Source: Obrimoposthia wandeli
Lineage: Eukaryota
DNA length: 64,000 nucleotides
Assembly: GCA_977020255.1 (NCBI GenBank)
Contig: CDROCS010001101.1
Location: 62,001 to 126,000, forward strand
Direction of reading: 5' to 3'
The first letter of the stretch is position 1. The number at the start of each line of letters is the position of its first letter. The notes under the pieces are model-generated. The model was not told the DNA's origin. It saw only the letters and a list, made by a program, of their open reading frames with translations, and ran no database searches. Position numbers and translations under genes: made by a program. Below, in pieces: positions 1 to 9,893 of this stretch.

Positions 1-1833
1 GAACCGCATGTAGAAGATAATAACGATGCTTCAGAACAAGCGATTAATGACGGTGAAGATCAATCAACAAAACTGGAAAACTTCTCAACTAATCTGAATA
101 AATCAGTTGTTGAAGGCCGTATCGATCCGTTAATTGGTCGTGATGAAGAGCTTAACCGTACGATTCAAATTTTGTGTCGTCGACGCAAAAACAATCCATT
201 ATTGGTGGGTGAAGCCGGTGTTGGTAAAACTGCGATAGCGGAAGGTCTTGCCTACAGAATTGTGCATGAAGAAGTGCCTGATGTAATGAAAAATACCCAA
301 GTATTCTCCCTTGATCTTGGTGCATTACTTGCTGGTACTAAATACCGTGGCGATTTCGAAAAACGCTTTAAATCGTTATTGAAACAGCTACAAAAACATG
401 ATGATGCGATTCTATTTATTGATGAAATTCATACCATCATCGGTGCTGGTGCTGCTTCTGGTGGACAGCTTGATGCTGCGAACTTAATTAAGCCACTACT
501 GAGTAATGGTACGTTACGTTGTATCGGTTCAACGACATACTCTGAATACAGCCAAATCTTTGAGAAAGACAGTGCGCTTGCACGACGTTTCCAAAAAGTA
601 GATGTTGTAGAGCCTTCTATTGACGATACAGTTAAGATCCTGCAAGGGCTTAAGTCTCGTTACGAAGAACATCATGATGTACGTTACACTGCGAAAGCGC
701 TTCGTGCTGCAACTGAATTATCTGCAAAATACATTAATGAACGTCAGTTACCTGACAAAGCCATTGATGTGATGGATGAAGCGGGTGCTAAACAGCGTTT
801 ACTACCAGTAAACAAACGTAAGAAAACAATTGGTATCAGTGAAATCGAGTCTATTGTGGCGAAGATGGCGCGTATACCAGAAAAATCAGTATCTTCAAAT
901 GATCGCGATGTGCTTAAGAACTTAGAGCGTAATCTGAAGATGGTTGTATTTGGTCAAGACCCTGCTATTGAGGTGCTAACTGATGCAATCCGTTTATCTC
1001 GCTCTGGTCTGGGTGCTGAAAGAAAACCAATCGGTTCATTCTTATTTGCAGGTCCCACTGGTGTCGGTAAAACAGAGGTCACTCAACGTTTAGCTAAAAT
1101 CATGGGTGTTGAACTGATCCGTTTTGATATGTCTGAATATATGGAACGCCATACGGTGTCTCGTTTAATCGGCGCACCTCCTGGTTATGTTGGTTATGAT
1201 CAAGGTGGTTTATTAACTGACGCAGTCATTAAGCAACCACATGCTGTAGTGCTGCTAGATGAGATTGAAAAAGCTCACCCTGATGTGTTTAACCTACTGT
1301 TGCAAGTGATGGATAACGGTACATTAACTGATAATAACGGCCGTAAAGCTGACTTCCGTAATATTATCCTTGTGATGACGACAAATGCCGGCGCAACAGA
1401 AACAGTGCGTCAGTCAATTGGCTTTAAAGAGCAAGACAACAATAGTGATGCGCTTGGCGAAGTGAATAAATTGTTCGCCCCTGAATTCCGTAACCGCTTA
1501 GATAATATCATTTGGTTTAATCATTTAGATATGGATGTGATCCATATGGTGGTTGATAAATTCTTAGTTGAATTAGAAGCCCAGTTAGATGATAAACAAG
1601 TGGCATTGAATGTATCAAATGATGCACGAAAATGGCTGGCGAATAAAGGTTATGATAAAACGATGGGCGCAAGACCAATGGCACGTGTTATTCAAGATAA
1701 AATTAAGCGTAATCTTGCTAATGAAATCTTGTTTGGCAAATTGTCTAATGGTGGTGCGGTTGACATTCAGTTGAAAGATGATGAGTTAGCTTTTACCTTT
1801 ACTGATGTTAAGGTAACTGCAACAGAAACATAA
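1..1833 (+). CDS. clpA: ATP-dependent Clp protease ATP-binding subunit ClpA (5'-truncated by window edge)
   Basis: Frame is open from base 1 (EPHVED...IDPLIGRDEEL). Two AAA+ modules with Walker A GEAGVGKT and GPTGVGKT, plus RFDMSEYMERH, LLDEIEKAH and GARPMAR motifs. Confidence 0.95.
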   Translation, partial: EPHVEDNNDASEQAINDGEDQSTKLENFSTNLNKSVVEGRIDPLIGRDEELNRTIQILCRRRKNNPLLVGEAGVGKTAIAEGLAYRIVHEEVPDVMKNTQVFSLDLGALLAGTKYRGDFEKRFKSLLKQLQKHDDAILFIDEIHTIIGAGAASGGQLDAANLIKPLLSNGTLRCIGSTTYSEYSQIFEKDSALARRFQKVDVVEPSIDDTVKILQGLKSRYEEHHDVRYTAKALRAATELSAKYINERQLPDKAIDVMDEAGAKQRLLPVNKRKKTIGISEIESIVAKMARIPEKSVSSNDRDVLKNLERNLKMVVFGQDPAIEVLTDAIRLSRSGLGAERKPIGSFLFAGPTGVGKTEVTQRLAKIMGVELIRFDMSEYMERHTVSRLIGAPPGYVGYDQGGLLTDAVIKQPHAVVLLDEIEKAHPDVFNLLLQVMDNGTLTDNNGRKADFRNIILVMTTNAGATETVRQSIGFKEQDNNSDALGEVNKLFAPEFRNRLDNIIWFNHLDMDVIHMVVDKFLVELEAQLDDKQVALNVSNDARKWLANKGYDKTMGARPMARVIQDKIKRNLANEILFGKLSNGGAVDIQLKDDELAFTFTDVKVTATET

Positions 1834-1915
1834 TTTGTTGAATGTTGTATAAGCTTGTTTTTTTTCGAATTAGTGTTACTTTGTATCTAAGCTTGATTTA
1901 AAGAGGGAATGCAAT

Positions 1916-2281
1916 ATGGATATTTCCGCATTAACTAGGGTCGAAGTTAGTATCCCAGATGGGATTAATTTTGATTCATTAGGACTAGAACTTGATGATG
2001 ATGGTAGTATTTCCTTTGATATTGAAACATTGGAAGCAGTAGCATTAGAAAGTGGTATCGACGTAGCTTTATTGGATGAAGGTTATGTATTACAAGTTTT
2101 ACTGATTAGTTTTTATCAATGGCACCGAGTTCATAATGGCGAACTAAATTCTGTTATGGAAAACCTTATAGAGCAAGCTAACGACTTATCCGCTTATTCT
2201 GATGACGAGCTGATTATGATTTTAGGCTCTGCAGAAATGGATAAACAAGCTAACGTTTCTATTTCGCAAATAGTACATTAA
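1916..2281 (+). CDS. Hypothetical, highly acidic 121-aa protein
   Basis: ORF with GAGG RBS upstream; 24 D/E versus 3 K/R; followed by a terminator. Confidence 0.7.
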   Translation: MDISALTRVEVSIPDGINFDSLGLELDDDGSISFDIETLEAVALESGIDVALLDEGYVLQVLLISFYQWHRVHNGELNSVMENLIEQANDLSAYSDDELIMILGSAEMDKQANVSISQIVH

Positions 2282-2333
2282 TTTACGACGAGATATGCAT
2301 TAGTTCACTATCTAAATAATAAAGACGTAAATG

Positions 2334-2363
2334 AAAAATGGAAGCCAATTGGCTTCCATTTTT
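2334..2363. terminator. Bidirectional intrinsic terminator
   Basis: Perfect palindrome AAAAATGGAAGCC-AATT-GGCTTCCATTTTT between convergent genes. Confidence 0.85.
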
Positions 2364-2448
2364 ATTTGTTCACTGTTTTCCTAATCATTATAAGTTATTT
2401 TGGTATTACCGACTGAGTCGACAATACCATAGTGACATCTAGTCTAGG

Positions 2449-3297
2449 TTATTCAGTGTCTTTAACTTGTAAGCCAACGTTACCTGTCTTAACAATATCA
2501 ATTATACCTTTCTTGAATAATTGACCTACTGCACTTTTGAATGTCTTCTTACTAACACCAAATAAGCGAGAGATTGTTTCTGGGTCAGTTTTATCTGTCA
2601 CTGGCATGAAACCGCCGTGTTTGTTTAGCTCAGATAATAATACTTGGCTAAAGTCAGTTACTTTACCGTGACCTGGTTCGTTAAGTAAGATATCAATTTT
2701 GCCGTCTTCACGTACTTTTTGGATATATGCTTTTTGTTTTTCGCCACGGTTTAATTTCTTAAACATTTCGTTCTTATAAACAACACCCCAATGCGTATTA
2801 TTTACAATTACTTTGTAACCCAGTTCAGTTGGGTCAACTGGCGTGATTTCAACTTCTTCGTGGATCTTGTAACGCGCTGGTACGTTGTCTACGTGACGAT
2901 CTAGTTTTGTTGTTGCTGTGATACGACCGTGGATACGATCTAAGTAGATAGCAACAAGGTATTCACGACCAACTTGTAGTGGGGTACGTTGTTCGCTATA
3001 AGGAACTAACAAGTCTTTATCTAAACCCCAATCAAGGAATGCACCAACATTGTTTACTTGTTTTACTTTTAGCATGACGAATTCGCCAACAGCACCAAGT
3101 ACTTTTTGTGTTGTTGCAATAATACGGTCTTCTGAATCAAGGTAGATAAATACCTCAAGATCATCACCGATATCAATATCTAATGGTGAGTTTGTAAAAG
3201 GTAATAGAATTTCACCCAATACACCGCCATCCAGGTAGAAACCTGATCCAGTTTCTTTGATAATTTCTAGGGTATTTAATTTACCTAATTCTGCCAT
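2449..3297 (-). CDS. S1 RNA-binding domain protein, CvfB/YitL family
   Basis: MAELGKLNTLEI start, GAFLDWGLDKDLLVPYSEQ, and a C-terminal winged helix with FGVSKKTFKSAVGQLFK. Start moved from 3366 to the ATG at 3297. Confidence 0.85.
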   Translation of the reverse strand: MAELGKLNTLEIIKETGSGFYLDGGVLGEILLPFTNSPLDIDIGDDLEVFIYLDSEDRIIATTQKVLGAVGEFVMLKVKQVNNVGAFLDWGLDKDLLVPYSEQRTPLQVGREYLVAIYLDRIHGRITATTKLDRHVDNVPARYKIHEEVEITPVDPTELGYKVIVNNTHWGVVYKNEMFKKLNRGEKQKAYIQKVREDGKIDILLNEPGHGKVTDFSQVLLSELNKHGGFMPVTDKTDPETISRLFGVSKKTFKSAVGQLFKKGIIDIVKTGNVGLQVKDTE

Positions 3298-3559
3298 AAT
3301 TCTTTGCTCTGTCTTGAAATAATGAGGGTTATTATAGTTCACCCAATAATGTGGGCAATGTACCACGAAGAGTGAAAAAAACCCAATTTTTGCGGATGAA
3401 TAAATATTAATTACTTGAACGGTTAAATATATGCACTAATATTGCTTGATAATAATGCCTTCTGTTATACTTCGGCCACTTAATTGCGCTCTTTCTGAAG
3501 TTTAAATTCTCAAAATCTTAACGCAATTCCAAATTCCTTTAATATTAGTATAAGTTATC

Positions 3560-4771
3560 ATGACACAACAAGACATCAAACTAACACGACTTAATAAATA
3601 CATCAGTGACACGGGTTACTGCTCTCGCCGTGAGGCTGACCGCCTGATTGAACAAGGTCGCGTAACCATTAATGGTAAAATTCCAGAAATGGGTACAAAA
3701 GTGTCAGATGATGATGTGGTATCTGTAAACGGTAAACCAGTTAAAGAAAAGCAAAAGCGTATCTATATTGCCTTGAACAAACCAGAAGGTATTACTTGTA
3801 CAACTGAACGCCATATTCAAGGTAACGTAATTGATTTGATCGATTACAGCACGCGTATATTCCCAATTGGCCGACTTGATAAACCTTCAGAAGGTCTTAT
3901 CTTTTTAACCAACGATGGTGATATCGTTAATAAAATCTTACGTGCCGGTAATGCGCACGAAAAAGAATACATGGTTAAAGTAGATAGTACTGTGACAGAC
4001 CGTTTCTTAAAAGATATGGCGCGCGGTGTACCGATCCTCGATACGGTAACTAAACCGTGTAAAGTAACACGTGAAGGCCGCTTTGAATTTAAGATCATTT
4101 TAACACAAGGTCTTAACCAACAGATCCGTCGTATGTGTGAATATTTCGGATTCCAAGTTAAATCACTGACGCGTACTCGTATCATGAATATTGATATGAA
4201 AGGTTTAAAAACCGGTGAATGGCGTTTACTGACTGATAAAGAAATGGCTGAAATCAACAGCATGGTTGAAAGCTCTAGCAGTACTGAAGAAGCGTCAGAT
4301 TACGGCCAAGAGAAACCGAAAACAAAAGGCCTGCATTCAAAACGTGGTGTGAACAGTGCTGCTCGTCAGAAACGATTCGGTTACGGCGACTATGCTGCAA
4401 CACCGGGTCAAGTTGAAAGTGATGTACCGGCGACAGACTTTTGGTCTAACAATCAAGAAGACACAAGCGCTAGTGCCGATGAACAAGATGATTCAACAAC
4501 TAACTTTTGGACTGAAAACGCAAAAGCCAATGCGAATGAAGCATTGAACGAACAGTCGAATGAAGTTGTAGAAGATAAATCAACGTCTTTTTCTGATGAA
4601 CAAATCGCATCAAAAGCGCGTTTTGAATCTGAAGCAAAGCGTAAAGAACGCAAAAAACCAGCGACTCGCTTCAGTATTATTGCTGATCGTGAAAAAGCAA
4701 AATTAGCTAATGTTAAAGTTGAATCTGCAGCGCCGCGCGTTAAAGGCACTCTAACGTTGAAAAAGAAGTAG
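3560..4771 (+). CDS. rluF: 23S rRNA pseudouridine synthase F with long C-terminal extension
   Basis: S4 domain RLNKYISDTGYCSRREAD, catalytic IGRLDKPSEGL, NAHEKEY and QIRRMCE motifs. Confidence 0.88.
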   Translation: MTQQDIKLTRLNKYISDTGYCSRREADRLIEQGRVTINGKIPEMGTKVSDDDVVSVNGKPVKEKQKRIYIALNKPEGITCTTERHIQGNVIDLIDYSTRIFPIGRLDKPSEGLIFLTNDGDIVNKILRAGNAHEKEYMVKVDSTVTDRFLKDMARGVPILDTVTKPCKVTREGRFEFKIILTQGLNQQIRRMCEYFGFQVKSLTRTRIMNIDMKGLKTGEWRLLTDKEMAEINSMVESSSSTEEASDYGQEKPKTKGLHSKRGVNSAARQKRFGYGDYAATPGQVESDVPATDFWSNNQEDTSASADEQDDSTTNFWTENAKANANEALNEQSNEVVEDKSTSFSDEQIASKARFESEAKRKERKKPATRFSIIADREKAKLANVKVESAAPRVKGTLTLKKK

Positions 4772-4780
4772 TCCGATATA

Positions 4781-5437
4781 ATGCCAGTCGCTAATTACAC
4801 TCAGATAGATATTCCGTTTAATGCTCGCTACACATGCTTATTTTGTGGCGAGCCATCTAACGATGCCGTTAATATCCCATTTTCAGCTGACGATATACAT
4901 CAGACGCCACATGAGCCTTTATCTGTACCTGTGTGTACCGAGTGTATCGTGGTGGTAAAAAAAGCCCGTTGTCAGTCTATTTATCAGTATCGTAATGCTG
5001 TGAAAGCAGCGTTAACACGAAAATACCAAAAAGCATTAGGCATAGGTTCAAACTGGACTGAGCAAGAGTTACAAGAATCTGAATTCGAAGGCGCAGCATT
5101 TGAAGGTTTCAAACGCAGTGCATGGATGATGTATACCATTGCAAAGGAAAGGGTTAACTACGCAGGATGGCCACTGTGTGTGGACGGTATTCCGCTTGCT
5201 GAAGATGATGATACTGATGGGTTTAGCTTTGATGGTACTGATTTTGTTAGTATCGAGCATGCTATAGAACACTACATAAAAACATTCCATCTTGATGCAG
5301 TGTTGCTGCCTGAGCTTGTTAAGTTATTAGGTAGAGATAAGTTTGGTTATTCGGTACGTGTTAGTCGTCTGTATCTGACTATAACAGCCGCTGAACGAAC
5401 GCAAATTATTGCTGATATCGTCGAGAATCAATCTTAA
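4781..5437 (+). CDS. Conserved hypothetical protein with two CxxC motifs (putative Zn finger)
   Basis: CLFC and CTEC motifs; starts 9 nt after the rluF stop; followed by a terminator. Confidence 0.7.
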   Translation: MPVANYTQIDIPFNARYTCLFCGEPSNDAVNIPFSADDIHQTPHEPLSVPVCTECIVVVKKARCQSIYQYRNAVKAALTRKYQKALGIGSNWTEQELQESEFEGAAFEGFKRSAWMMYTIAKERVNYAGWPLCVDGIPLAEDDDTDGFSFDGTDFVSIEHAIEHYIKTFHLDAVLLPELVKLLGRDKFGYSVRVSRLYLTITAAERTQIIADIVENQS

Positions 5438-5468
5438 ACTTGTTCTATCGATAACAGTAAGTTTGTAT

Positions 5469-5513
5469 AACGCCGCATGGGTATATTTAATCATATCCAT
5501 GTGGCGTTTTTTT
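5469..5513 (+). terminator. Intrinsic terminator
   Basis: Stem AACGCCGCATGG / CCATGTGGCGTT followed by a T run; lies between convergent genes. Confidence 0.75.
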
Positions 5514-5539
5514 CGTCTAAAAAAGATGAAATAAATAAC

Positions 5540-6592
5540 TTAGAAGATAAAGTTAAGCATTACAGTATACAGCTGAGCATCATAGTCACCATCGGTAGGA
5601 TTTTTGAGTAACTCACCGTTATCGCCACCATTTGCATCGGTATATTTCCATTCAGCATTTAGCGATACGGTTGTTGTTAAATCATAACGAACACCGAACA
5701 ATAATGAGTTATTCTTTTGATTATGATGCGATTCTGCATAGGTCACATACGGCGTGAACTTATCGATATTGTACGCCAAGCTGGAGTACCAATTGAAATG
5801 CATTGTATCGATCAATACTTCTGTTGTTAAAACCAATTGATCCCATGACTTTTCAAGACCTAATGTATAAATATTAATGTTATCAGCGGGGTATGCTTGG
5901 TTTATTTGTGGTGTTGTCACGTCAACTGCATATTTGAAGTGAGAATAGTTAAACATAATACGGTAGTCGAATCCGCTAATTTCACTATTGAAACCAATCG
6001 TTCTCTCGATATCAAAATCATATCGAGTCGTTCCTATATCCACTTTTGCATCACTCTCGATACCGACATAAGGCGTTAGTGTTAAGTAACTGTCATCATT
6101 CAGTTCAATATCCCATGTTGCAGAAATACCATCATAAGATGTAATACCTAAAATCGAATTATATACTTCCTGTGGGGGACGTGCTGACGTATAAGCTTGT
6201 CCGACATAATAGTATTCTGAGCTGAGAAACAGTGGCAGACGCAGTCGACCAACTTTTAAATTGAAGTTGGAAATATTATAGCCAAGGTATGCCCATTCCA
6301 ATTCTGGTGTAGACCACTCATCCTGAGGACGTTTTACGACTTGAACAGAGGCATTAAAGCTATCGTTAAAACGAACATCACCTTGTAAACCTAATGTAGT
6401 ATCACAATCGTAGCAAGTATCATCAGTGATTTCTCTGTTCACATACAGTGGTGTTGCATTATTAGATTGCGTAATCGATGTCGAACCGAAGCCACTTAAC
6501 GAAATATCATCAGTAATGTTGATTTTGGCATTAGTTGCGAATGTTGTGAGCGTCAGTGCTGTTGCCGTAAAGCAATATTTAGATATATTCAT
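5540..6592 (-). CDS. Outer-membrane beta-barrel, porin-like protein
   Basis: Signal peptide, SLSGFGS start of barrel, WAYLGY and GRLRLPLFLSSEY motifs, C-terminal aromatic VMLNFIF. Confidence 0.75.
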   Translation of the reverse strand: MNISKYCFTATALTLTTFATNAKINITDDISLSGFGSTSITQSNNATPLYVNREITDDTCYDCDTTLGLQGDVRFNDSFNASVQVVKRPQDEWSTPELEWAYLGYNISNFNLKVGRLRLPLFLSSEYYYVGQAYTSARPPQEVYNSILGITSYDGISATWDIELNDDSYLTLTPYVGIESDAKVDIGTTRYDFDIERTIGFNSEISGFDYRIMFNYSHFKYAVDVTTPQINQAYPADNINIYTLGLEKSWDQLVLTTEVLIDTMHFNWYSSLAYNIDKFTPYVTYAESHHNQKNNSLLFGVRYDLTTTVSLNAEWKYTDANGGDNGELLKNPTDGDYDAQLYTVMLNFIF

Positions 6593-6595
6593 GCT

Positions 6596-7075
6596 TTATT
6601 CCTCCGGATCTAAAACGAATAAAACATTAACATCTTCTGGTAATGACTTGATGGTGGCGTAAGCTATGCCATTGGGGTTTTCTTCTAACCAATCGAGAAT
6701 GGACGCAATATCATTATCTGATATGGTTGTTGGTAAATTCCCTTTACCTGAAAAGGCTAAACTTGCCCTATATCCATTCATTTGTGATAAAGATTTACCC
6801 AGTAAACCATCGTAAAAATCTGCTTTATCATTATCATCATCGGTCAAATCAACAAGATTGATATTCTCCTTGTTAATTCGTTTTACTTTTCCTTTATATA
6901 TCATTCTGACTTTACTTTTACTGAGCTCAGGAAAGTCGTTATTTAATGAAAAGACGGCAAAACTCCGACCTTCATCTTTGGCTATTTCTTCTTTCGCGTA
7001 GGCAGAAAGTGGTGTTGAGATAGAAATAATGAGTAGTGTGACGCAAAAACTGCGTAAGTTTAATCCTTTAAACAT
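6596..7075 (-). CDS. Small periplasmic protein, phosphate-ABC substrate-binding-like family
   Basis: Signal peptide; LSKSKVRMIYKGK, FSGKG and NPNGIAY motifs; 3 nt from the porin gene. Confidence 0.65.
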   Translation of the reverse strand: MFKGLNLRSFCVTLLIISISTPLSAYAKEEIAKDEGRSFAVFSLNNDFPELSKSKVRMIYKGKVKRINKENINLVDLTDDDNDKADFYDGLLGKSLSQMNGYRASLAFSGKGNLPTTISDNDIASILDWLEENPNGIAYATIKSLPEDVNVLFVLDPEE

Positions 7076-7170
7076 GTTTACCTGCTAATTTTAGTTCTGT
7101 TATCTATCATTTAAGTTAGACAGAAAAAGCGCAAATAACAAATAAATTTTTACATGGAAGTCATAATCTT

Positions 7171-9867
7171 ATGCTAAATACGGTATCGATCAAAAAACGG
7201 CTGATAATTTTATTATTATGCCCCTTATTATTACTCACGTTGTTGATTGGCGATCGAGTCAGTGAGTCTGTTTCAACACTAAATCAACTTGATAAATTAA
7301 AATACAGGTTGGAGTTGTTAACCGAGTCGCTAAATCTGAATGCGCTATTACATAGTATGAGAGTTAATGCGCTAGCAAGTGACCACGTTACAGCTACAGA
7401 TGAGTTGAATGCATTCACAGCATCGGTTAATAAATTAAAGCAATTAGCCCCTCTGGCACTGCAGGATAGCGGAGCAGCCGTTGATTTATTATCTGACCTT
7501 GAGGGCGTAGAGGAAGAGTTTGTTGATATTGCAGCTGCCGATGTCAATGATTGGTCTAGTTGGATATCAGATTCAACAAGCCAATTACTTTTTATTCTTG
7601 AAAAAAATAGCCTTGATATAAACGATAAAGAGATTGAAAGTAATATTGAGGTTTTGTATCAATTGCAGTGGCTTTATTTTTGGGCAAACGAAGAAAATTG
7701 GTATATTAATTTAATGGTTAGAGATATCGGTATGGATATTAAGCCTTTATTACAGCCTATCGTTGAAAGACAGCAGCTTTTTATCGAACGCTTCATTGCC
7801 ATTAGTGCCGATAATAATCAAATTTCATTATTACAAAATACATTTTCAGATAAAGCATTTACAGATAGTTATGCATTACGCAGCTTAATTCAAAACGGAC
7901 ATTTTAAAACAACAAGTAATTACGATATATCGGCGTTGGATAAACGCTTAGTCTTAATCAACCAAGTTGTGTCAAATGTGGGTGCTAATTTATCAATCAA
8001 AATTAAAGCCAAAGTGGCTGAAGCTAAAATGCATGTCGCCGGCTTTTCAATTTTCATTACTGCATTATTATTCTGTGTATCCTATTTAGGTTGGATGTTA
8101 ATACAGCGTATTATTGGTAATCTAAAAGAAATAATTTCAACCTTGACCCATATTGAAGACAGTCATGACTACTCTCTTAAAATAAACATTGATGGCAAAG
8201 ATGAATTTAGTGCATTTGCAAAAATGCTCAATAAATTGATTGAAGAACGCTACATCAATGAAAGCCAGATTATTCAAGCTAAGGAATCTGCAGAGCAGGC
8301 TAATGTGGCAAAAAGTTCATTTTTGGCCAATATGTCTCATGAAATTAGAACCCCGTTAAATGGTGTTATCGGTATGTCTAATATTTTATCGAGCACAAAA
8401 CTAACTCCGACCCAGCAAGATTATCTCGCGATCATTGAAAATTCATCGCAAACGTTACTGATATTAATTAATGATATTCTCGATTTTTCAAAAATTGAAT
8501 CTGGCCACTTAGCCATCTCACATCACAATTGTAATTTACGCGAAGTTGTTTACGACACCGTCGCGATTGTGATACCAAGCGCAGCATTTAAACATCTAGA
8601 TCTTGTTGTTAATATCGATGCCGACTTACCTGATGATCTGTTACTTGATGAGCACAGACTACGCCAAGTGCTCATGAATTTACTGTCTAATGCTGTTAAG
8701 TTTACCAACAGTGGATCCGTTTGTTTAACACTCAAGTCCAAACCATTAGCTGATAACCGCGCAGAGTTGTATTTTTCTGTTGCCGATACCGGCACCGGAA
8801 TTGAAGCGGATAAACAGAAGAAAATCTTTGAACCATTTACGCAAGAAGATGGCTCTATCACCCGTGAGTTTGGTGGTACAGGTTTAGGTTTAGCTATTAG
8901 CACACAATTAGTTGAATTAATGGGTGGCAAAATTGATATCAATTCAACGAAAGGTAAGGGCAGTGACTTCTTCTTTACTATCTACGCAGATGTAGCTGTG
9001 GATGTGAGACCGCAAAAATTCGTCGACTCGAATACTCAAATTACAGTGATCACGAATGAAGTCGATTCAAGTGTAAAAATACAAGCTGACTTATTACACA
9101 GTGATATAACAAATGTATCGTTTCTCGAGTATATGCAGGACCTCCCGAATCATTTAGCGGCCAATTCAGTGGATTCAAAAGTCGAACAAGTTATAATTTA
9201 CTGTCAAAACACCATTCAACTGACGTTAAAAGACATCGACTTTCTCAATAAGCTTAACCTTAAGCATGCGTTTGTTTTAGTACAATCACATAAAGATGAG
9301 AAATATGATTTTGACCATCGGATTGATGGTTTAGTGACAACACCACTACTTGGTAATCGTTTGTTAAAAACAATTCAATCGGCGTTAGTGAATAAGGTTG
9401 AATCACTCGGTGCTAAAGAAGGTACGCCAGGGGAATTACAAGGGCAATCTAAACAACTAGATGTTGCTGATACTAACGTAGAGAACAACTTGATACTGAT
9501 AGTAGAAGACAATTTGATTAATCAAAAAGTAGCGACACTATTACTTAAGCAGTGTGGTTACGATAGTCATATCGCCAATAACGGTGAGGAGGCTGTAACG
9601 AAAGTGACGTCTGGTGAGTTCAAATACAAAGCAATCTTAATGGATTGTATGATGCCAATTATGGATGGGTTTACTGCCACAGTACATATCCGAGAGTGGG
9701 AAGTATCATCTACAACAACAGCAACGCCAATTATTGCATTGACGGCGAGTGTGCTCGACGCCGATATACAACGTTGCTTTGATGTTGGCATGAACGATTA
9801 TGTACCTAAACCGTTTAAAAAGGACTTACTCATGGATAAAATTGACCGACTAGCAAACGTTGCTTAA
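7171..9867 (+). CDS. Hybrid sensor histidine kinase (periplasmic sensor, HAMP, HisKA, HATPase, receiver)
   Basis: Two TM helices; H-box FLANMSHEIRTPLNG; N box NLLSNAVKFT; DTGTGI and GGTGLGL; receiver ILMDCMMPIMDG. Confidence 0.92.
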   Translation: MLNTVSIKKRLIILLLCPLLLLTLLIGDRVSESVSTLNQLDKLKYRLELLTESLNLNALLHSMRVNALASDHVTATDELNAFTASVNKLKQLAPLALQDSGAAVDLLSDLEGVEEEFVDIAAADVNDWSSWISDSTSQLLFILEKNSLDINDKEIESNIEVLYQLQWLYFWANEENWYINLMVRDIGMDIKPLLQPIVERQQLFIERFIAISADNNQISLLQNTFSDKAFTDSYALRSLIQNGHFKTTSNYDISALDKRLVLINQVVSNVGANLSIKIKAKVAEAKMHVAGFSIFITALLFCVSYLGWMLIQRIIGNLKEIISTLTHIEDSHDYSLKINIDGKDEFSAFAKMLNKLIEERYINESQIIQAKESAEQANVAKSSFLANMSHEIRTPLNGVIGMSNILSSTKLTPTQQDYLAIIENSSQTLLILINDILDFSKIESGHLAISHHNCNLREVVYDTVAIVIPSAAFKHLDLVVNIDADLPDDLLLDEHRLRQVLMNLLSNAVKFTNSGSVCLTLKSKPLADNRAELYFSVADTGTGIEADKQKKIFEPFTQEDGSITREFGGTGLGLAISTQLVELMGGKIDINSTKGKGSDFFFTIYADVAVDVRPQKFVDSNTQITVITNEVDSSVKIQADLLHSDITNVSFLEYMQDLPNHLAANSVDSKVEQVIIYCQNTIQLTLKDIDFLNKLNLKHAFVLVQSHKDEKYDFDHRIDGLVTTPLLGNRLLKTIQSALVNKVESLGAKEGTPGELQGQSKQLDVADTNVENNLILIVEDNLINQKVATLLLKQCGYDSHIANNGEEAVTKVTSGEFKYKAILMDCMMPIMDGFTATVHIREWEVSSTTTATPIIALTASVLDADIQRCFDVGMNDYVPKPFKKDLLMDKIDRLANVA

Positions 9868-9893
9868 GGTGCTGTTGATTATTTGTAATAGCA

